In this document: positions 26,335 through 40,944 of the stretch, in pieces
How positions within the stretch are numbered: position 1 is the first letter of the stretch
Layout: each line of letters opens with the position of its first letter
Assembly: GCA_964016885.1 (NCBI GenBank)
Contig: OZ024744.1
Span: forward strand, 83,638,001 to 83,702,000
DNA: 64,000 nucleotides
Source: Eledone cirrhosa
Taxonomy: Eukaryota
Direction: 5' to 3'
Made by a program: the position numbers and the translations under genes
Notes under the pieces: model-generated
What the model saw: only the letters and a program-made list of their open reading frames with translations
Databases searched by the model: none
What the model was told of the DNA's origin: nothing

Positions 26335-26530
26335 GAGACCAGTATCGGTAGAGCGTCGGATAAAATCCTTTGTGGCATATAGTTACGTCCCTTTATGTCT
26401 TGCGTTCAAATGGTGCCGAGGTTCGCTTGGCCTTCCATTCTTACGGGGTCGATAAAAATAGCGTACCAATAATGCACAAGGGTCGATTTAATCGACTTTC
26501 CCCTCGGCGAAAATTGTTGGCCTTGAGCCT
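26335..26530 (+). mobile_element. tRNA-derived SINE with Deu/Nin-like core
   Basis: CAGTATCGGTAGAG..GTTCAAAT..GCCTT(T)CAT..GGGGTCGATAAAATA..GTACCA. Confidence 0.75.
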
Positions 26531-26675
26531 TTAGACGTGTTTATTGTTTGTATAAAATGTTTGTAAATAGGGATTTGTTAATATCTGTAAGTTAAAAGAT
26601 CGTGTACTTGTGTTAATGTATTTCATTTATAACTGATTACTGGTTTACTAAAAATATGTGATTATCGCAATTGTA

Positions 26676-26732
<57 letters not shown>

Positions 26733-26733
26733 A

Positions 26734-26769
<36 letters not shown>

Positions 26770-27139
26770 TGCATGATATCCAATGATGTTGACTTGTTCT
26801 TCTTTTTGGTACTCATCATCTTGGTTAAGAGAGTGGGACTGGCTTTGTGCAGTGCCTTTGCTCACTATAAAAGCTTCACGGCACAGGCATTGCTTTATAT
26901 CTGGAGATCTCTCTGCACTTGTCGTCACATGGTACCATGGGCCCAGCACTATGTGTCAATAATTGTCACAAGTGTAGTGTTTGTACCAGAGTGTTCAAGT
27001 CACTGGCTGGACTAAAATGTTACACTCGTTCAGCGCATCGGTAGGGGTTCTCCTACATGGATATAAAGTAGTGGCCGTACTCGAACACGAGTTGGCAGCC
27101 ACCATGTATGTATATATATGTATGTATGTTTTTTGTCCT

Positions 27140-27490
27140 GCAGGGTGTCCAAAATCACCCTCCTCACCAAGTAAACTTGTGTATATCTATATGGGTGCAT
27201 GTGTATGTATATGCGCGGGGACATAGAAATAGTCGGGCTGGACACTCGATCGCGTGGTTAAACCACTGGGGGGTGAAGGACCCTGGTCTTTGTCAGGGCA
27301 TTCTTCTAGGAGAAGGCAACTGAGGAAACCGGGATAACTCCGATATAAAACCTGCGGCTCAGTAGTTACCGATGATGTTGATCTTTTCTTCTTTTCGGGT
27401 TATAGCTACTGTCGCTCAGAGAGTGGGATTGGCTCAGTGCACAGTCATTCCTCAGTTTAAAAATATCTTCACGCACAGTCATTGCACGAT
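27140..27490 (+). mobile_element. Probable RTE-type 5' UTR relic (diverged partial copy 26785-26893)
   Basis: TCTAGGAGAAGGCAACT..AAACC motif and duplicated GATGTTGA..GAGAGTGGGA..GCACAG..CATTGC block. Confidence 0.35.
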
Positions 27491-27639
27491 GGAATTAATT
27501 AATAATTATTAATAATGGTATATCGTGCAATCGCCATACTCGATAACGAGGGGGCAGCCATCATATGTATGTATGTATTTATTTATGTATGTATCTATGT
27601 AGGTATGTATATAGGTGTGTATGTATGAACGTATGTATA

Positions 27640-27870
27640 TATTGGCTCACGATCGCAAGGTCGTGAGTCTGATTCCTGGTGGTGCGTTCTATCCTTGAAC
27701 AATACACTTTATTCCACGTTGCTTCAGCTGTAAAAAATGATTTGTACCTGCTATTCGAAAGGCCAGCCTTGTAGCATTCCGTAACTCGGTGAATCTCCCT
27801 CGAGAACTACGTTAAGGGTACGCGTGTTTATAGAATGCTCAACCTCGTTCGTATGAACTGGAACGCTCGT
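27640..27870 (+). mobile_element. Second tRNA-SINE family (V/CORE-like TCCTTGAGCAAG box)
   Basis: B-box-like GAGTCTGATTCC, TCCTTGAACAATACACTTTATTCCACGTTGCT; relatives at 37400-37580(+), 49760-49860(+), 51870-51985(-), 54795-54915(-). Confidence 0.65.
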
Positions 27871-27934
27871 CGTCTTACCCCCCCCCCCCCCCAAAAAAAA
27901 TATATATATATAAAATTGATGTGAAACAGGGAGA

Positions 27935-29245
27935 CCTTGATGCACCTACTCTGTTTGCGGTATATTTTGATGCCATGCTCTCTCACGCTTTCCAGAACAA
28001 CAATGAAGGTGTATATGCAATATAATCGTACAACAGGAAATGTATTCAATTTAGTACAAATGAAATTTAAGACTAAAGTGTTCACCTCACTAATAAGTGA
28101 TCTTCTTTATGCTGATGTTTGTGACCTTCTGAGTCATACTGAGCATGGTTTGTTAATCTCTGCATTTGATTCGGCATGTGATATCTTTGGTGTGACTATA
28201 AAGTTAAAGAAAATGGTAGTTTTATGTCAACCTGCCCCTGCTCAAGTTGTGCACCAACCGAAAATATATGTGCGGGGTAAACTTCTTAAGGTTGTTGAAT
28301 CCTTCATGTATTTTAATAGCACAGTGAGTAAAGATGGAGCATTGGATCCAGAAATATCTCTCAGGATTAAAAGGCAGCAAAATCTTTTTGTAATCTCGAA
28401 TTTGGTCATAAAGACATATCAATACCAAAATAAACATTTCTGTTTATAGTGCTTTCGTCTTAATCTCCCTTCTGTACTTTCTGAAACTTGGATGTGTTAC
28501 AAATATATCATCAGACTCCTGGAACGATTCCATCAAAAAATGCTTGAGTCATATTCTAACAATAAAATGGAATTCATTCACTCGTGACACTGATGTTTTA
28601 GCTGCATCTGACATGTTACATCGACGCAATAATTCTGAAAAACCAACTGCGGTAGGCTGGACATATTGTCCAAGCAACTATTTTGTGGGTAATTTACTCA
28701 GGGAAGAAGGAAACAAAGCATACAAAAAACGGATTCAAAGATGCATTGTGGGAGAACTTGAAAAATGTATAAATCAATCCAAAAAAACTGGAAAAAACTT
28801 GCAGTGGATCGCTCTTCCTAGCGCTCAAAAATGTGGGACGGCGTGAAAACGTTTGAGCAAAATAAGGAAAAAACAACCAGTAAGTGAATACGAAATTAAT
28901 GAAACTTTTTCTAAAAAATCTGCCTTTCAGAAGCTGGACTTCAATCACACATGAGAGCTCACAATAGGACACTTACTACTGACCTCAGAACATACCAACC
29001 AATTCACACTTATCAATTCTACATCTGCCACAAAATATGCAAATCTAAAGGAGGTCTAAAGAGACATTTCAAGATTCATCAAGATCAGACAACTCAGGCA
29101 GTTGACCTACTCCTAATATAAGGTGCAGTTTCTGTGTACAACATTTTAAGAGTATGTCTGGTCCAAAAAGTCACATAGGTTCTCATGCCAGAACTGAGAT
29201 CCTCGTCCATTGATGTGGTCAAGCTTTGTGTTGAACAGACAACTG

Positions 29246-29250
<5 letters not shown>
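27935..29250 (+). pseudogene. Degenerate RTE-clade LINE 3' fragment (RT + C2H2 zinc fingers)
   Basis: DLLYAD, FGVTIKLKKMVVLCQPAP, EISLRIK; C-terminal ICHKICKSKGGLKRHFKIH and CSFC..KSHIGSH. Confidence 0.85.
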
Positions 29251-29309
<59 letters not shown>

Positions 29310-29311
<2 letters not shown>

Positions 29312-29606
29312 TAGAATTGGTGCTCTGAAATAGCGATATATATATGAATGTATATATAGTTTATTTTGCAATACACTGTATGCTTAATTAAAAGCATTTC
29401 GAAGACCTTACCCTATTGTTTTAGAGTAGTGACAGTCTCACTTACTTTAAATTTTCAGCAAACAGGGGAGATAAAGCTGACAGAGCTCTGTTTCGTACTT
29501 GTTTGTACTTATCAAAGCTAAGTACTCCACCTGTTTGCGGAAAATCATGAATGTTTGATGAGTGGAGATGGTTGTGCCACCTTTCCTTAAATCTAGTAGA
29601 GTTTGC
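29310..29606 (-). mobile_element. PLE remnant (GIY-YIG fragment NSTRFKERWHNH plus pLTR related to 54150-54610)
   Basis: FKERWHNH resembles FKSRMYNH of the 7.3-9.2 kb element; TGCTCTGAAATAGCGATATATA shared with 54153. Confidence 0.5.
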
Positions 29607-29680
29607 GAAGAAGAAGAAGAAGAAGAAGAAGAAGAAGAAGAAGAAGAAGAAGAAGAAGAAGAAGAAGAAGAAGAAGAAGA
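29607..29680. repeat. (GAA)n microsatellite
   Basis: Direct reading. Confidence 0.95.
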
Positions 29681-29738
29681 GAAATGAACTCAATGCCGCC
29701 ACCACAACGAGTATACACACATATATATATACATATAC

Positions 29739-29779
<41 letters not shown>

Positions 29780-30047
29780 CGTGTGTGCGTGCATGGGTTT
29801 GTGAGGGTGTAAAATGTAAACAGATATAATAACACAATTGGTACAGTGTATATGGAAGGAATATATTAGGTTAACGCTTGAAATAGCAGGAAGAGGGTCT
29901 TAACCTTTCGGACTATATATATACGTGTGTGGTGAGTGTGTGTGTGCAGTTGTAATCTGTAATCTATGTCTGTGCATATGTATATGTATAACTTCCAATT
30001 CTTCTTTACAGAAGAGGACCATCACTTCAACTTTGTGCTGAACAGCC

Positions 30048-30153
30048 ATGACCTCGCGAATGACTCAGCAAACCTGCCTCACTCTTGTATATCTTTTTAC
30101 AACTGTCACACATATAAGGTCTTTGGATCGTCTCGAATGTAACTTAAAGACAG
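30048..30153 (+). CDS. Candidate first coding exon of a secreted host protein (exon 30012-30153)
   Basis: Pyrimidine tract+AG at 30010-30011, GCCATG, MTSRMTQQTCLTLVYLFTTVTHIRSLDRLECNLKT, phase-1 donor CAG|GTAGTC; no downstream exon identified. Confidence 0.25.
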
Positions 30154-30749
30154 GTAGTCATTACTGATAAAGAACAACTTCCATTGGGTAAAAAAGAAAG
30201 TGTACTCACTATTCACAGTATTATCGGATTTTTCATCCTCGAAACCAGTTAAAAACGAAAACAACTACGTAGTTTTACTCCTTTATAAAAACGATAACCT
30301 GGCAATATCATGTCAAACAAGCAACTACGCCATGTTTAAGTTCAGAAAAGATTTTTTAAGGGTCTTCAAATAATTCGATATTTAAAAAAAATCCAAATAC
30401 TGGAAATAACAGCTATTTCCGTATCTTTACGTGATCCGATCTCTATGCCAATTACGATTTCGTGTCAATATGATATATATATATATGGATGTGTATGTGT
30501 GTGTGTAGAAGATATGTATTATAGACAATAAACTATGAAACCACTAGTACTGAGGGTTTCTCGCTGAAACCGTAAATATATATATATATATAAGAAATAG
30601 GATTTCGCTTCAAGCACGAAATATTTATACATACAATATGTATAAATATTTCGTGAGGGCGTTATATAGCTACGGCTTCCTAAAACTGTATTTCTTTGGA
30701 GATACGAAATATTCATACACACATATATACATATATATATATATATATA

Positions 30750-31198
30750 TATTTACGATATTAAATAAATGGAAACTATATTTATAAAACCATATTTATT
30801 TCATTATATATATTTCAGGGATATCATATTAACAATATGCTATGCCTTCCTCAGACAAAATACAATATAAACAGTTTTATAGATAAATAGATTTGACATA
30901 TCTTACAACATCGACTTGTATTTGAAAAGTTGAATTGGCAGCCAATTCAACTTTTCAAATACAAGTCGATGTTGTACGGTATGTCAAATCTATTTATCTA
31001 TAAAACTGTTTATATTGTATTTTGTCTGAGGAAGGCATAGCATATTGTTAATATGATATCCCTGAAATATATATAATGAAATAAATATGGTTTTATAAAT
31101 ATAGTTTCCATTTATTTAATATCGTAAATATACTCCAAATACTTGTCGAGTGCTTTTATATCAGTTATAAATATTTACTAGTTCTAACCCAACAATTT
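30750..31198. mobile_element. Family C near-perfect palindrome (arms ~190 bp, centre 30940) with right tail
   Basis: 1-nt spacer GGC-A-GCC; hammerhead cores at 30813-30854(-) and 31026-31067(+). Confidence 0.88.
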
Positions 31199-31221
31199 AA
31201 ATATAACTTTCCATATATATA

Positions 31222-31312
<91 letters not shown>

Positions 31313-31314
31313 GT

Positions 31315-31724
31315 AGGAGGTGAGTTTTATTGTAGTACAATAAAGCAATGCAGATATCGGATAAGAAGCACTCTACAGTTTGTGGGACTGGAGTATGCAT
31401 AATATAAGATCAAAAGATGGTTAAAGGAGTTCAATATATTTTATTATGCGCATTTCAGAAACAAACATCATCAAACAATAATATTTGTGTTTTCATCAGA
31501 TAAAACAGGAGAACATGATATGAAGGCTAAAAAAAACACTTGTTGATAGTGCAGTTATGTTGATTTAAAACTGCACTATCAACAAGTGTTTTTTTTAGCC
31601 TTCATATCATGTTCTCCTGTTTTATCTGATGAAAACACAAATATTATTGTTTGATGATGTTTGTTTTTGAAATGCGCATAATAAAATATATTGAACTCCT
31701 TTAACCATCTTTTGATCTTATATT
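31315..31724. mobile_element. Family D near-perfect hairpin (31401-31556 / 31569-31724) with left tail
   Basis: Reverse-complement arms, 12 nt spacer, (TA)n flanks. Confidence 0.88.
31618..31688 (+). ncRNA. Minimal type I hammerhead ribozyme (mirror copy core 31453-31499, -)
   Basis: TGTTTTAT-CTGATGA-long stem II (CAAATATTAT/ATGATGTTTG)-GAAATGCGCATA-ATAAAATA. Confidence 0.8.
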
Positions 31725-31729
31725 ATATA

Positions 31730-31853
<124 letters not shown>

Positions 31854-31869
31854 AATATATATATATATA

Positions 31870-33000
31870 TAGGAAAAGGTTCAGGACCCCGACGGCCGAG
31901 CTCTAGTTGTTTCGGCGGCTATTTCTGCACTAAATTAGATTTTTAGCGTGGTAATAAATAGCTGAACCTTTCAAGGAGTAATTCCGTATATGGGCATGCA
32001 ATAATCATGTATTTCTGAAGGTTGCAGTTGTAAAAAGGATTGGTCAAACTTTCTTGTAAACACAGTTAAATCTTTCATGGCGGGTGGCTGAACTCGCCTG
32101 TAGAACAATGAGGGAGTCGGTGAAGCCGGACAAGCGTTGAAAGTAAGTTCTATACAGCAAATTCTAAGGAGTGTGGATGAATTAGGCTAGCTAGAAAGCA
32201 GGCGACAAAAGAAATCTACAGGAATCTGAAAATGGGAAATTGTAAAATTAAAAAATTAAAAGATTAAAAAATAAAATTTTTTTGTTTTTAAAATAGAGTC
32301 TAAAACAGCTGCTATATATTAAGCTGGTGTTGCGTTTTCGGCCAATGATATATAGAATTTACGGGGCTCGCTGGTACTGGGTCTACAAAAGTCTGATGGG
32401 CTGCATCACGATAAGCGAAAGAGGAAAAAGGAAAAGGAAGAGGAGAGGGAGTGGAAGGAAGTGAGAAGAAGAGATAAAGGGAAAAAAGAAAAGAATTACA
32501 TCTAACTATGTATGCTGGGGTTTCTCCTACCTTGTTCGGCAAGTGGGGAAAAGAAGGATGTTACAGCCGTTGTCTACCCACCCGGGTCATGAGTGGGTTT
32601 GAGGGCAAGGTAAGTCCTACGCAATCGATGTTTACAAGCGGTTACAAGTTCGTCTTTTTTGTTTAGGAGTTGGTCCTTCGTAAACAGCATTTGTATCTTT
32701 TTTTCATGGATTACTTTACTGATTGCAGAAGAGAGTGTAACACCAACTTCGTTCAATTTCTGTGCATATTGTCAATTACGAGATTGTTTGATGTATCATA
32801 TCTAAATGTATATATATTTGCGTATAATAACAGTATGCACACTACACATGGTAGCAGAAAATCACCCGAAGGGTGGTTTTTCTGCTAGTATGTTTAATTT
32901 TTCGAAAACACTTAACAATACATATTTCTTCGTACTGGTCGTTCCACTTAAGGCTCCAACGCGTCACTTGTTAACACGTGTGAAGGACAATACGGTATGA
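31870..33000 (-). mobile_element. Degenerate PLE 3' end (endonuclease C-terminus ~32590-33000 + 3' UTR)
   Basis: QLLNKKDELVTACKH matches VNLKSEIFMTCRH of the 7.3-9.2 kb element; terminus shared with 38817-38878. Confidence 0.6.
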
Positions 33001-33898
33001 CTGCTTTTGTTGTGTCCCTCCATATTGCATGATTTTTTGCGGTCCTATTCGCACTAGTTACCAACCTGCTGCTTTTATCAGACCCGCGAAAACTAGGCAC
33101 TTTTAGAGGTGGCCTGTACTTGCCTCGTCGTAACTACTTCACTGGATTGTGAGAGATTTCTTGTGAACTAACAGTATCACCAATTGTTCCATCAACTCTC
33201 TTTTCGTCTGGGGTAGATTATTTGTACATTTGCTCCCATATCGCAACTAGCCATCATATCGATAGCCGTATCGCTATTCGCCACCTGCGACACAGACTCA
33301 CTTCTATTAGTTGACCTCAAACCAATTTGGTAGCAATTAGTAAGGAATTCTCAAAAATGGAGATACCTTTAAGAAATCAAAGATAATTACTAGAGTTTAT
33401 TTAAATGATGAATTTTAAATGAGGTCTTTGATATACTTTATTTGAATAAGGAAACCTAGGATGGCTCGGCTCTGTAGTATTCAAATGAAACACACTCAAT
33501 TTCAAATAAACTTTGAAAGATTTTTGAAAGGCTTATTAAAATCATTATTTCATTACTAAAATAGAAAATTAATATACGATTCTTATGAAAAATTACTGTC
33601 GAAGAATCTAATTTAAATAAAAACCCATTAAAATGGGTGGTTGTTTTTCATAAAATCAGAGCAGGTTTTGGCTGGGTTGGTATCAAAACATTTAAGTGAA
33701 GTATATCTATAGTTATAACACAACACCTGCGATTCTCAAGCATGAAGTTTACCTCCATGGTTGTTATATTTAGGTCTCAGTCATTTCAAAGCTATGCAGT
33801 ATTCTGTCTAGATGAGAAATCATTAATAAGCAACAATACATTATATATTCCCCGTAAATATTTTTATTTTATTTTCCACTTTAGCCTGGACAATGAGA

Positions 33899-33943
<45 letters not shown>

Positions 33944-34041
33944 CGCGTGTGTGTGTGTGCGTGCGTGCGTGTGTATGTATGCTTATGGCATGAATTTGTG
34001 TATATATGTAAATATGTCTAGATATATATTTATATACACAT

Positions 34042-34085
<44 letters not shown>

Positions 34086-34480
34086 ATATATATATATATA
34101 GAGATAGATACATATATATATATGCATTATATTTCTAATAAAACTCACAACTAATTATTCACTAAAATAATTAAATATGCTGAAAATGTATATGTACACA
34201 CAGACATAGACACACATATACACACACACATATATATTTATTTATATTTGATTTTATTTTAGATTATATTAATATATGTATAATGTATATAATAATATTT
34301 ACGTTGTTATATTATATTTTTTGTTCCGTGTGAATATATAGATATAGATATATATATATGTATGTATATGTATATATACATTCGTGTGTTTTGTTTTCCC
34401 GTTTCCATTAAAACTCAGAACTAATTAATCTCTAAAATAATTAAACAAATATATGTATATATATATTAATACATATAAAC

Positions 34481-34513
<33 letters not shown>

Positions 34514-34538
34514 TATGTTTATAATATTTATATATATG

Positions 34539-34636
<98 letters not shown>

Positions 34637-34659
34637 ATATAAATATATAAATATATCTA

Positions 34660-34748
<89 letters not shown>

Positions 34749-35374
34749 CTATATATATATATGTATATATATATGCGTGTGTATATATGTTTGTGCATGT
34801 TACTGTGTGGTGCGTGAAACTAAGATGAGTTAAATATGAAACTATTTGAAGAGGTTAACAGAATATAAGTGAGGAGGTATAGGGTTAGAAACCAGAACCA
34901 CTGTGTTTTTTTCCTCTATAGTAAGATTCAACGATAGATAACTTGTAAAATAATTGCAAGTAAACATTTGAAGGAACGTTAGATGCACAGTAGCAATCAG
35001 GGTTTATCCGATTAAAAGTTGTTGCAATTTGATTAAGAAAAGAAATTCAATCTACTCCAACTGGCCAAGATTTTCTCAAAACCTTCTATTCTAATTTGAT
35101 TCTCTGTTACAAAGTAAATAAATAGAAATTAGTAGAGAGCAGCAGGGGCGTCGAGGGAAGTGAAGAAGGAATTTTTATTGTGCATAAGGTGTAACAAAAA
35201 CAAATAAAAAAAACAAGAAAATGCAACCATACTGTAATATTATATAGATATGTGAGTGCGCGTATATGAAGTAAAGTTAGCTAATGGGTCCATACATGCG
35301 TTTGTATAAATCTATGCACCTGCACATATCTATATACATACGTGAATATATGTTATATATATATATATATACTT

Positions 35375-35443
<69 letters not shown>

Positions 35444-35873
35444 TTATTTATATTTATATTTATATATATATATATAGAGAGAGAGAGAGTGTGTGTGTAT
35501 ATGTGTGTGTGTGCGTATGTGTGCATATGTGATAGTGAGAGAGGGGAGAAAGATGTGATGTCGGAGAATAGAACAATTGCTGGGTGTAACAAGTTTTAGA
35601 GGTTAGGAACTATACAGGAATAACGAAAGCAAATATCAAAACATCTTGCATACCGAAAATTCCTTCACCAACTATCGACTGAAAATGCGATTTCGACGCT
35701 CTCCAACAGGAACACTATTTTCAGAAGTGAACAACAAACAGAACAGCCAGACAAATGTGTAGCGGTCCGCAAAGCTGGCAAGGAATAGACAGTAAATTAC
35801 AGAAAATGAAGTTGGATAATTACAAAGACATAGAAAGAAAGAGAGAAAAAAACAAGGGAGGGTGGTCATATAG

Positions 35874-35979
<106 letters not shown>

Positions 35980-36047
35980 CTCAGTATTTCACTCAGTAAA
36001 ACAGCTTTAGTAGTGATACGAGTGCGTATGCATATTGTTAGCTACAT

Positions 36048-36240
36048 TCGGTGGATTGGCAGTATCGGTAGAGGGTCGGACGCCATGCTTTGACACATAG
36101 AGGTACAGACCTTGCCATTCAGATTTCAAATCCCGCCGAGGTTAACTTTGCCTTTCATCTTTATGGGGTCGATAAAATAAAGTACCAGTAATACACTGAT
36201 AATTGCTGGCCTTGTGCCAAAAGTAGAAACAATTATTATC
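36048..36240 (+). mobile_element. tRNA-derived SINE with Deu/Nin-like core
   Basis: GGTGGATTGGCAGTATCGGTAGAGGGTCGGA..TTCAAATCCCGCCGAGGTTAACTTTGCCTTTCATC..GGGGTCGATAAAATAAAGTACCAG; further copies 37142-37290, 48278-48455, 51476-51690, 59515-59720, 62455-62567 (+) and 61366-61555 (-). Confidence 0.85.
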
Positions 36241-36894
36241 AGAGAAATAGCATGGTGGAGCAATACCCATTAATTTTATATGATATTTCGTCTAGTGGTG
36301 TCCTTTTTCGTTCAGATCGAAATATGCCTATACTTTTTTCTACGAGTCCTTATCCCTATCCATTTCTCTAAGATCCATAAAACTATACTATTCTGTAGTA
36401 ATTGCAATTCAATGGACACTGATGGAAGTAATAATTCTATCTGAAGATCTCGATATCATGTTGATAGCTGAAGAAGGGAGTTTCCCATTTTACGTCATTC
36501 CTTTATTTCTACCATACTGGCATGTAATGTATATTGATTAAACCTAAAATTAACTCATTTCTACTCCTAATTTCTCTAAATTGGTTTCAGTTGGCTAAAA
36601 TGAATTCGATTGGAGCTCTTTCTAAGACTTCTTAAGCCCTATCCTGTTTTATCTACCCTTCTATAAAACGTTATATTTACACCATGTGGAAATTATTTAA
36701 ATATTTTCTTCCAATGGTAGATGAATAGTATTTTAATGCAGCATGAGCAATATATTTAGCAAAAAAAATAAACATACTGACGAAGAGAATCATGGTTTTA
36801 ATGATGTTTATAAAAATCGATCATTGGTGATCGATACTAATTACTGTAATCGATGGTAGCATTCTATTTCTGGGATTCTTAGAAACCGATCTGC

Positions 36895-37002
36895 CTATGT
36901 AAGTACGGCTATGTACGTACAGCATAATCTTTATGTAAGTACAATAATTATGTAAGTACGGCTATGCAAGTACAGCATAAATTGTATGTAAGTAGAGCAA
37001 TA
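36895..37002. repeat. Short degenerate minisatellite (TATGTAAGTAC core)
   Basis: About 6 imperfect copies. Confidence 0.7.
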
Positions 37003-37801
37003 TTCTAAAACCTAAAGGTATGTTTTTAAATTTGTATTAAATCAAAATATCGTTTGCTCCATATAAATGTACAGAATACTATTTTGTTTCTCAATTGATA
37101 TATCCTCGTATATATCATTGACAAATATGTTATATTATAGATGGTGGATTGGCAGTATCGGTAGAGGGTCGGATGCCATGCTTTGCAGCAAAGAGTTACG
37201 GCCCTTTATGAATTCAAATCCCGCCGAGGTTAACTTTGCTTTTCATTCTTACGGGGTCGATAAAATAAAGCACCAGTAATGTACTGGGATAAATGCTGTA
37301 AACAGAAGTTTATTGAGCTTTTCACTAAGAAACAATATCGATATATATTTTATTTGTATGGATTAAAGCTAACATTAACTTATATATGTATACATATGCA
37401 AGTGGAGGCATGTGACTTATAATGACGTGGGTTCGATTATTGGGCTGCGTGTTGTATTCTTGAGCAAAACACTTCATTTCACGTTGCTCAGCTGAAAATG
37501 AGTACCAGCAATAGGTGGTGGTTCAACCCAGCAATGTATTGGCGTCCTGTCCAGGGGGAAGACTTGTTCTCTCAGTCGCTTCACACTATTAAACCGAGAT
37601 AAGCACCGGCCAAATGAGCCTTCTGGCTTAAGACAGACTTTAGACATTTTAAGATACATATACATATATTGTCTTGAGCTCCTCTACATACATACACATA
37701 CACAAACACACACACACATACATACACATGTATATATGTGCCTGTGTGTGAGTGTATACTAATATATATGTAAGTATATATATATAATGTATACATACAG
37801 A

Positions 37802-37904
<103 letters not shown>

Positions 37905-38336
37905 ATATCAACTACATATCAACAATGAAATGCTCGGATCTATTCATTGGAATCTTTGAGCTTATTCTACAGTGGATATGGCGCATGTCTCTCAGATATG
38001 ACAACCCTTAATTTAATTTTGGATATATATATAAACATACATATATATTCCTCTTTGTCCTGAGTACACATATTCACTTGTTTGCCTGATCTACGAACGC
38101 ATGAAAATGTACACCATACAAGAACGGCAATGGACGGTTCTTCTATCTAATACCATGAATATTCTTCGTTGTAGATAATGTAATGGCCAATATTTTTATT
38201 TGAGACAAAACTGCAGTAATGACGAAATTACCGGTAGAGCAGGCTTATTTTAGACTGCTACGCTAGGTATCTCCCATAGCTAACTTGTGTAAAAGTTAAT
38301 CTATATATATGCAAACAAACATACACATACACATAC

Positions 38337-38419
<83 letters not shown>

Positions 38420-38421
<2 letters not shown>

Positions 38422-38691
38422 AAGGCGGGTAAAATTCCCGAGATCCATGGACGAGTTCTCTCCAGCGGTCTCTGTCCCTCATTATCGCTGCCATGTCCTG
38501 CATCTCCAACAGACCAGTGTCTGTCCTTAGGGCATCAACATACGTTAACCTTGGTCTTCCTCTTCTAGTGTGTCCATGTATACACTGAGGATGAAAAACT
38601 CAGAGCTGTATGGGAGCATCCCAAAAGTCAGCTCAAAAGTGACACAGAGGAGACTGAGGTTGGCTGGACATGCTCACCGACATCCAGAGTT

Positions 38692-38695
<4 letters not shown>
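38420..38695 (-). mobile_element. RTE-like LINE 3' end with inverted 5' segment
   Basis: Minus 38578-38420: HGHTRRGRPRLTYVDAL..MRDRDRWRELV; plus 38580-38695: [24 protein letters not shown]. Confidence 0.75.
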
Positions 38696-38753
<58 letters not shown>

Positions 38754-38935
38754 CATACATAAATATATATATCTGTATATATATATATATATGTGTGTGT
38801 GTATATACATATAAATAGGAAAATGTTCAAGACCCCGACGGCAGAGCTCAAGCCGTTTCGACGTCTATTTCAGTACTATATATATTTATATATAGATATA
38901 TGCTTATATATATATGTGTGTGTGCGTGTGTATGA

Positions 38936-38993
<58 letters not shown>

Positions 38994-38999
<6 letters not shown>

Positions 39000-39835
39000 T
39001 ATATATAAAACAGAGAATGTCTGTCTGTCTGTCTGTCTCCCACCCAAGCGATTGTTTTCAAACTTTACACGTGTGAGTGTTTTGAGAAAATGTTCAATAC
39101 CCTAGTGACCGCATTTGTCTGTATGTCTGGCTGTCTACATTACGACATTATGACACTATCTGTGTGCGTGTGTGTGTATATGTATATATAGTGTGTGTAT
39201 ATATATATAGTGGTAACGTTTTTCGAGATATTTACTTCTGCGTTCACAGATTGAGTTTTTTAGGTTCAGAAGATACCGTTAAGGGTGAAAGCAGCGATTC
39301 TTCGCTTAAACTTTAATCTGTTATTTTAATATATATATTACAATGGCTTCAGCTGGATGGCTGGAACAGGTAAAAGTGTAAAAGAGATATATATAATTAT
39401 ATATTTGTGTACAGATATTTTTGCATACACAATAACAAAATATAAACAAACGTATTTATTTCACGAGGCTCGATAAGGATAAATATATATCAAATACATA
39501 AAAACCCTAGAGAAAATATTGTTCTCATTGCTAACGAGGCAGAAGGGGATATACATGATTGGCTGAAGAAGGACGAGACTGTGTTAGTAGTATGACCAAC
39601 AGCCGCTATCACACCAACAACAGCAAAAACAACAACAAATAAGAGAGGGAACGCAATTACATGATTTTAAAAATCTTAATGGAAAATTATTTGCCTATTC
39701 ACTCAAGGCGACTTCACTTACTATTAGGACTTCTGCATCAACTGGTGAACATTCGATGAAACTGTTTCAGAAAGGAGGGATAAACATGCCAATCTTTGTT
39801 TAGAATCCCGTGCAACGCCAGGCCATTCTGCTAGT
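38994..39835 (+). mobile_element. Non-autonomous Helitron-like element
   Basis: 5' TATATATATAAAA..(GTCT)n, 3' GC-rich hairpin CCCGTGCAACGCCAGG followed by CTAG|T at 39831-39835. Confidence 0.6.
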
Positions 39836-40095
39836 GTATATATATATATATATATATATATATTCAGATCAGAGCAAACAGCACGGACACTCTATCTCAA
39901 AATTATTTTTGAAAAGCATTTAGAAATGCGCAACCAGTAAAAACTTAAAAACTTAAAACCACAACTGAATACTAACCCATACAATCACTAATACTCTTTT
40001 ATTCCTAATTAAACCATTTTTCAACTGTGAACAATTTGTCAGCATTTTCTATTCCGTTTACCAATATATATATATATATATATTATGTCTACATA

Positions 40096-40126
<31 letters not shown>

Positions 40127-40154
40127 TATTGACAACATGACCCTCCCAAAGTAT

Positions 40155-40192
<38 letters not shown>

Positions 40193-40544
40193 AAGTAGTA
40201 AAAAAGGACAAAAGACTTTTTGCCTTTTTACTGGAGATATTTTTTCAATATATCAAAATATTTATTTATAAAGTGGGTATTTCTGTATTTAATAATGGTA
40301 CCGGTTTCAGTATTATATGCTTTTCCATCTGCGGATGTGGATAATGCAGTTAAGTTGCAGATCTATACGTATAATAAAAAGGGGAAGAACATTTGTTAGG
40401 TTTTACGTACATCTTTAGAGAGGAAAGTTCATATCTCTCTCTGTGGTTGTCCTTCGTTCTCTGTTAATTGTCTAACAGTAGAAGTTTTAATTTTTTGGGG
40501 GGTTCTGACTGCTGGTTTTGAATAGTACTAGTTGGGAGAAGGAG

Positions 40545-40632
40545 GAGGAGAGGGAGCAGGAGGAGGAGAGGGAGAAGTAGGAGGAGAGGGAGAAGTAGGA
40601 GGAGAGGGAGAAGGAGGGGGAGAGGGAGCAGT
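40545..40632. repeat. Purine-rich 18-mer tandem repeat (GGAGAGGGAGAAGTAGGA)
   Basis: About 5 copies. Confidence 0.85.
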
Positions 40633-40944
40633 GGTGCTATATACTATGCATATAGGTAAATAGATAGATAGATTGATTGATATGTTGATTGATATATAGA
40701 TAGGTAGATAACTTTCTATTTATTTGCCACCAGGGCATAAAAGATTGCAACAAATGCAAAGGAGGGGGGGATTTTACATACAATAAAACGAGTACAAAAA
40801 TATAACAAACAGAATAAAACAATCGAAGTCCTCAATAGGGAGGGGGCGTTTTGGGAGTCCCCCCCCCCCCGAAAAAATGTGCCATCCTTCTCCTCGGGTG
40901 CACAAAGAGAGGGTGCTCCCTTCTTCTCCTATTCTTTCCACCTA

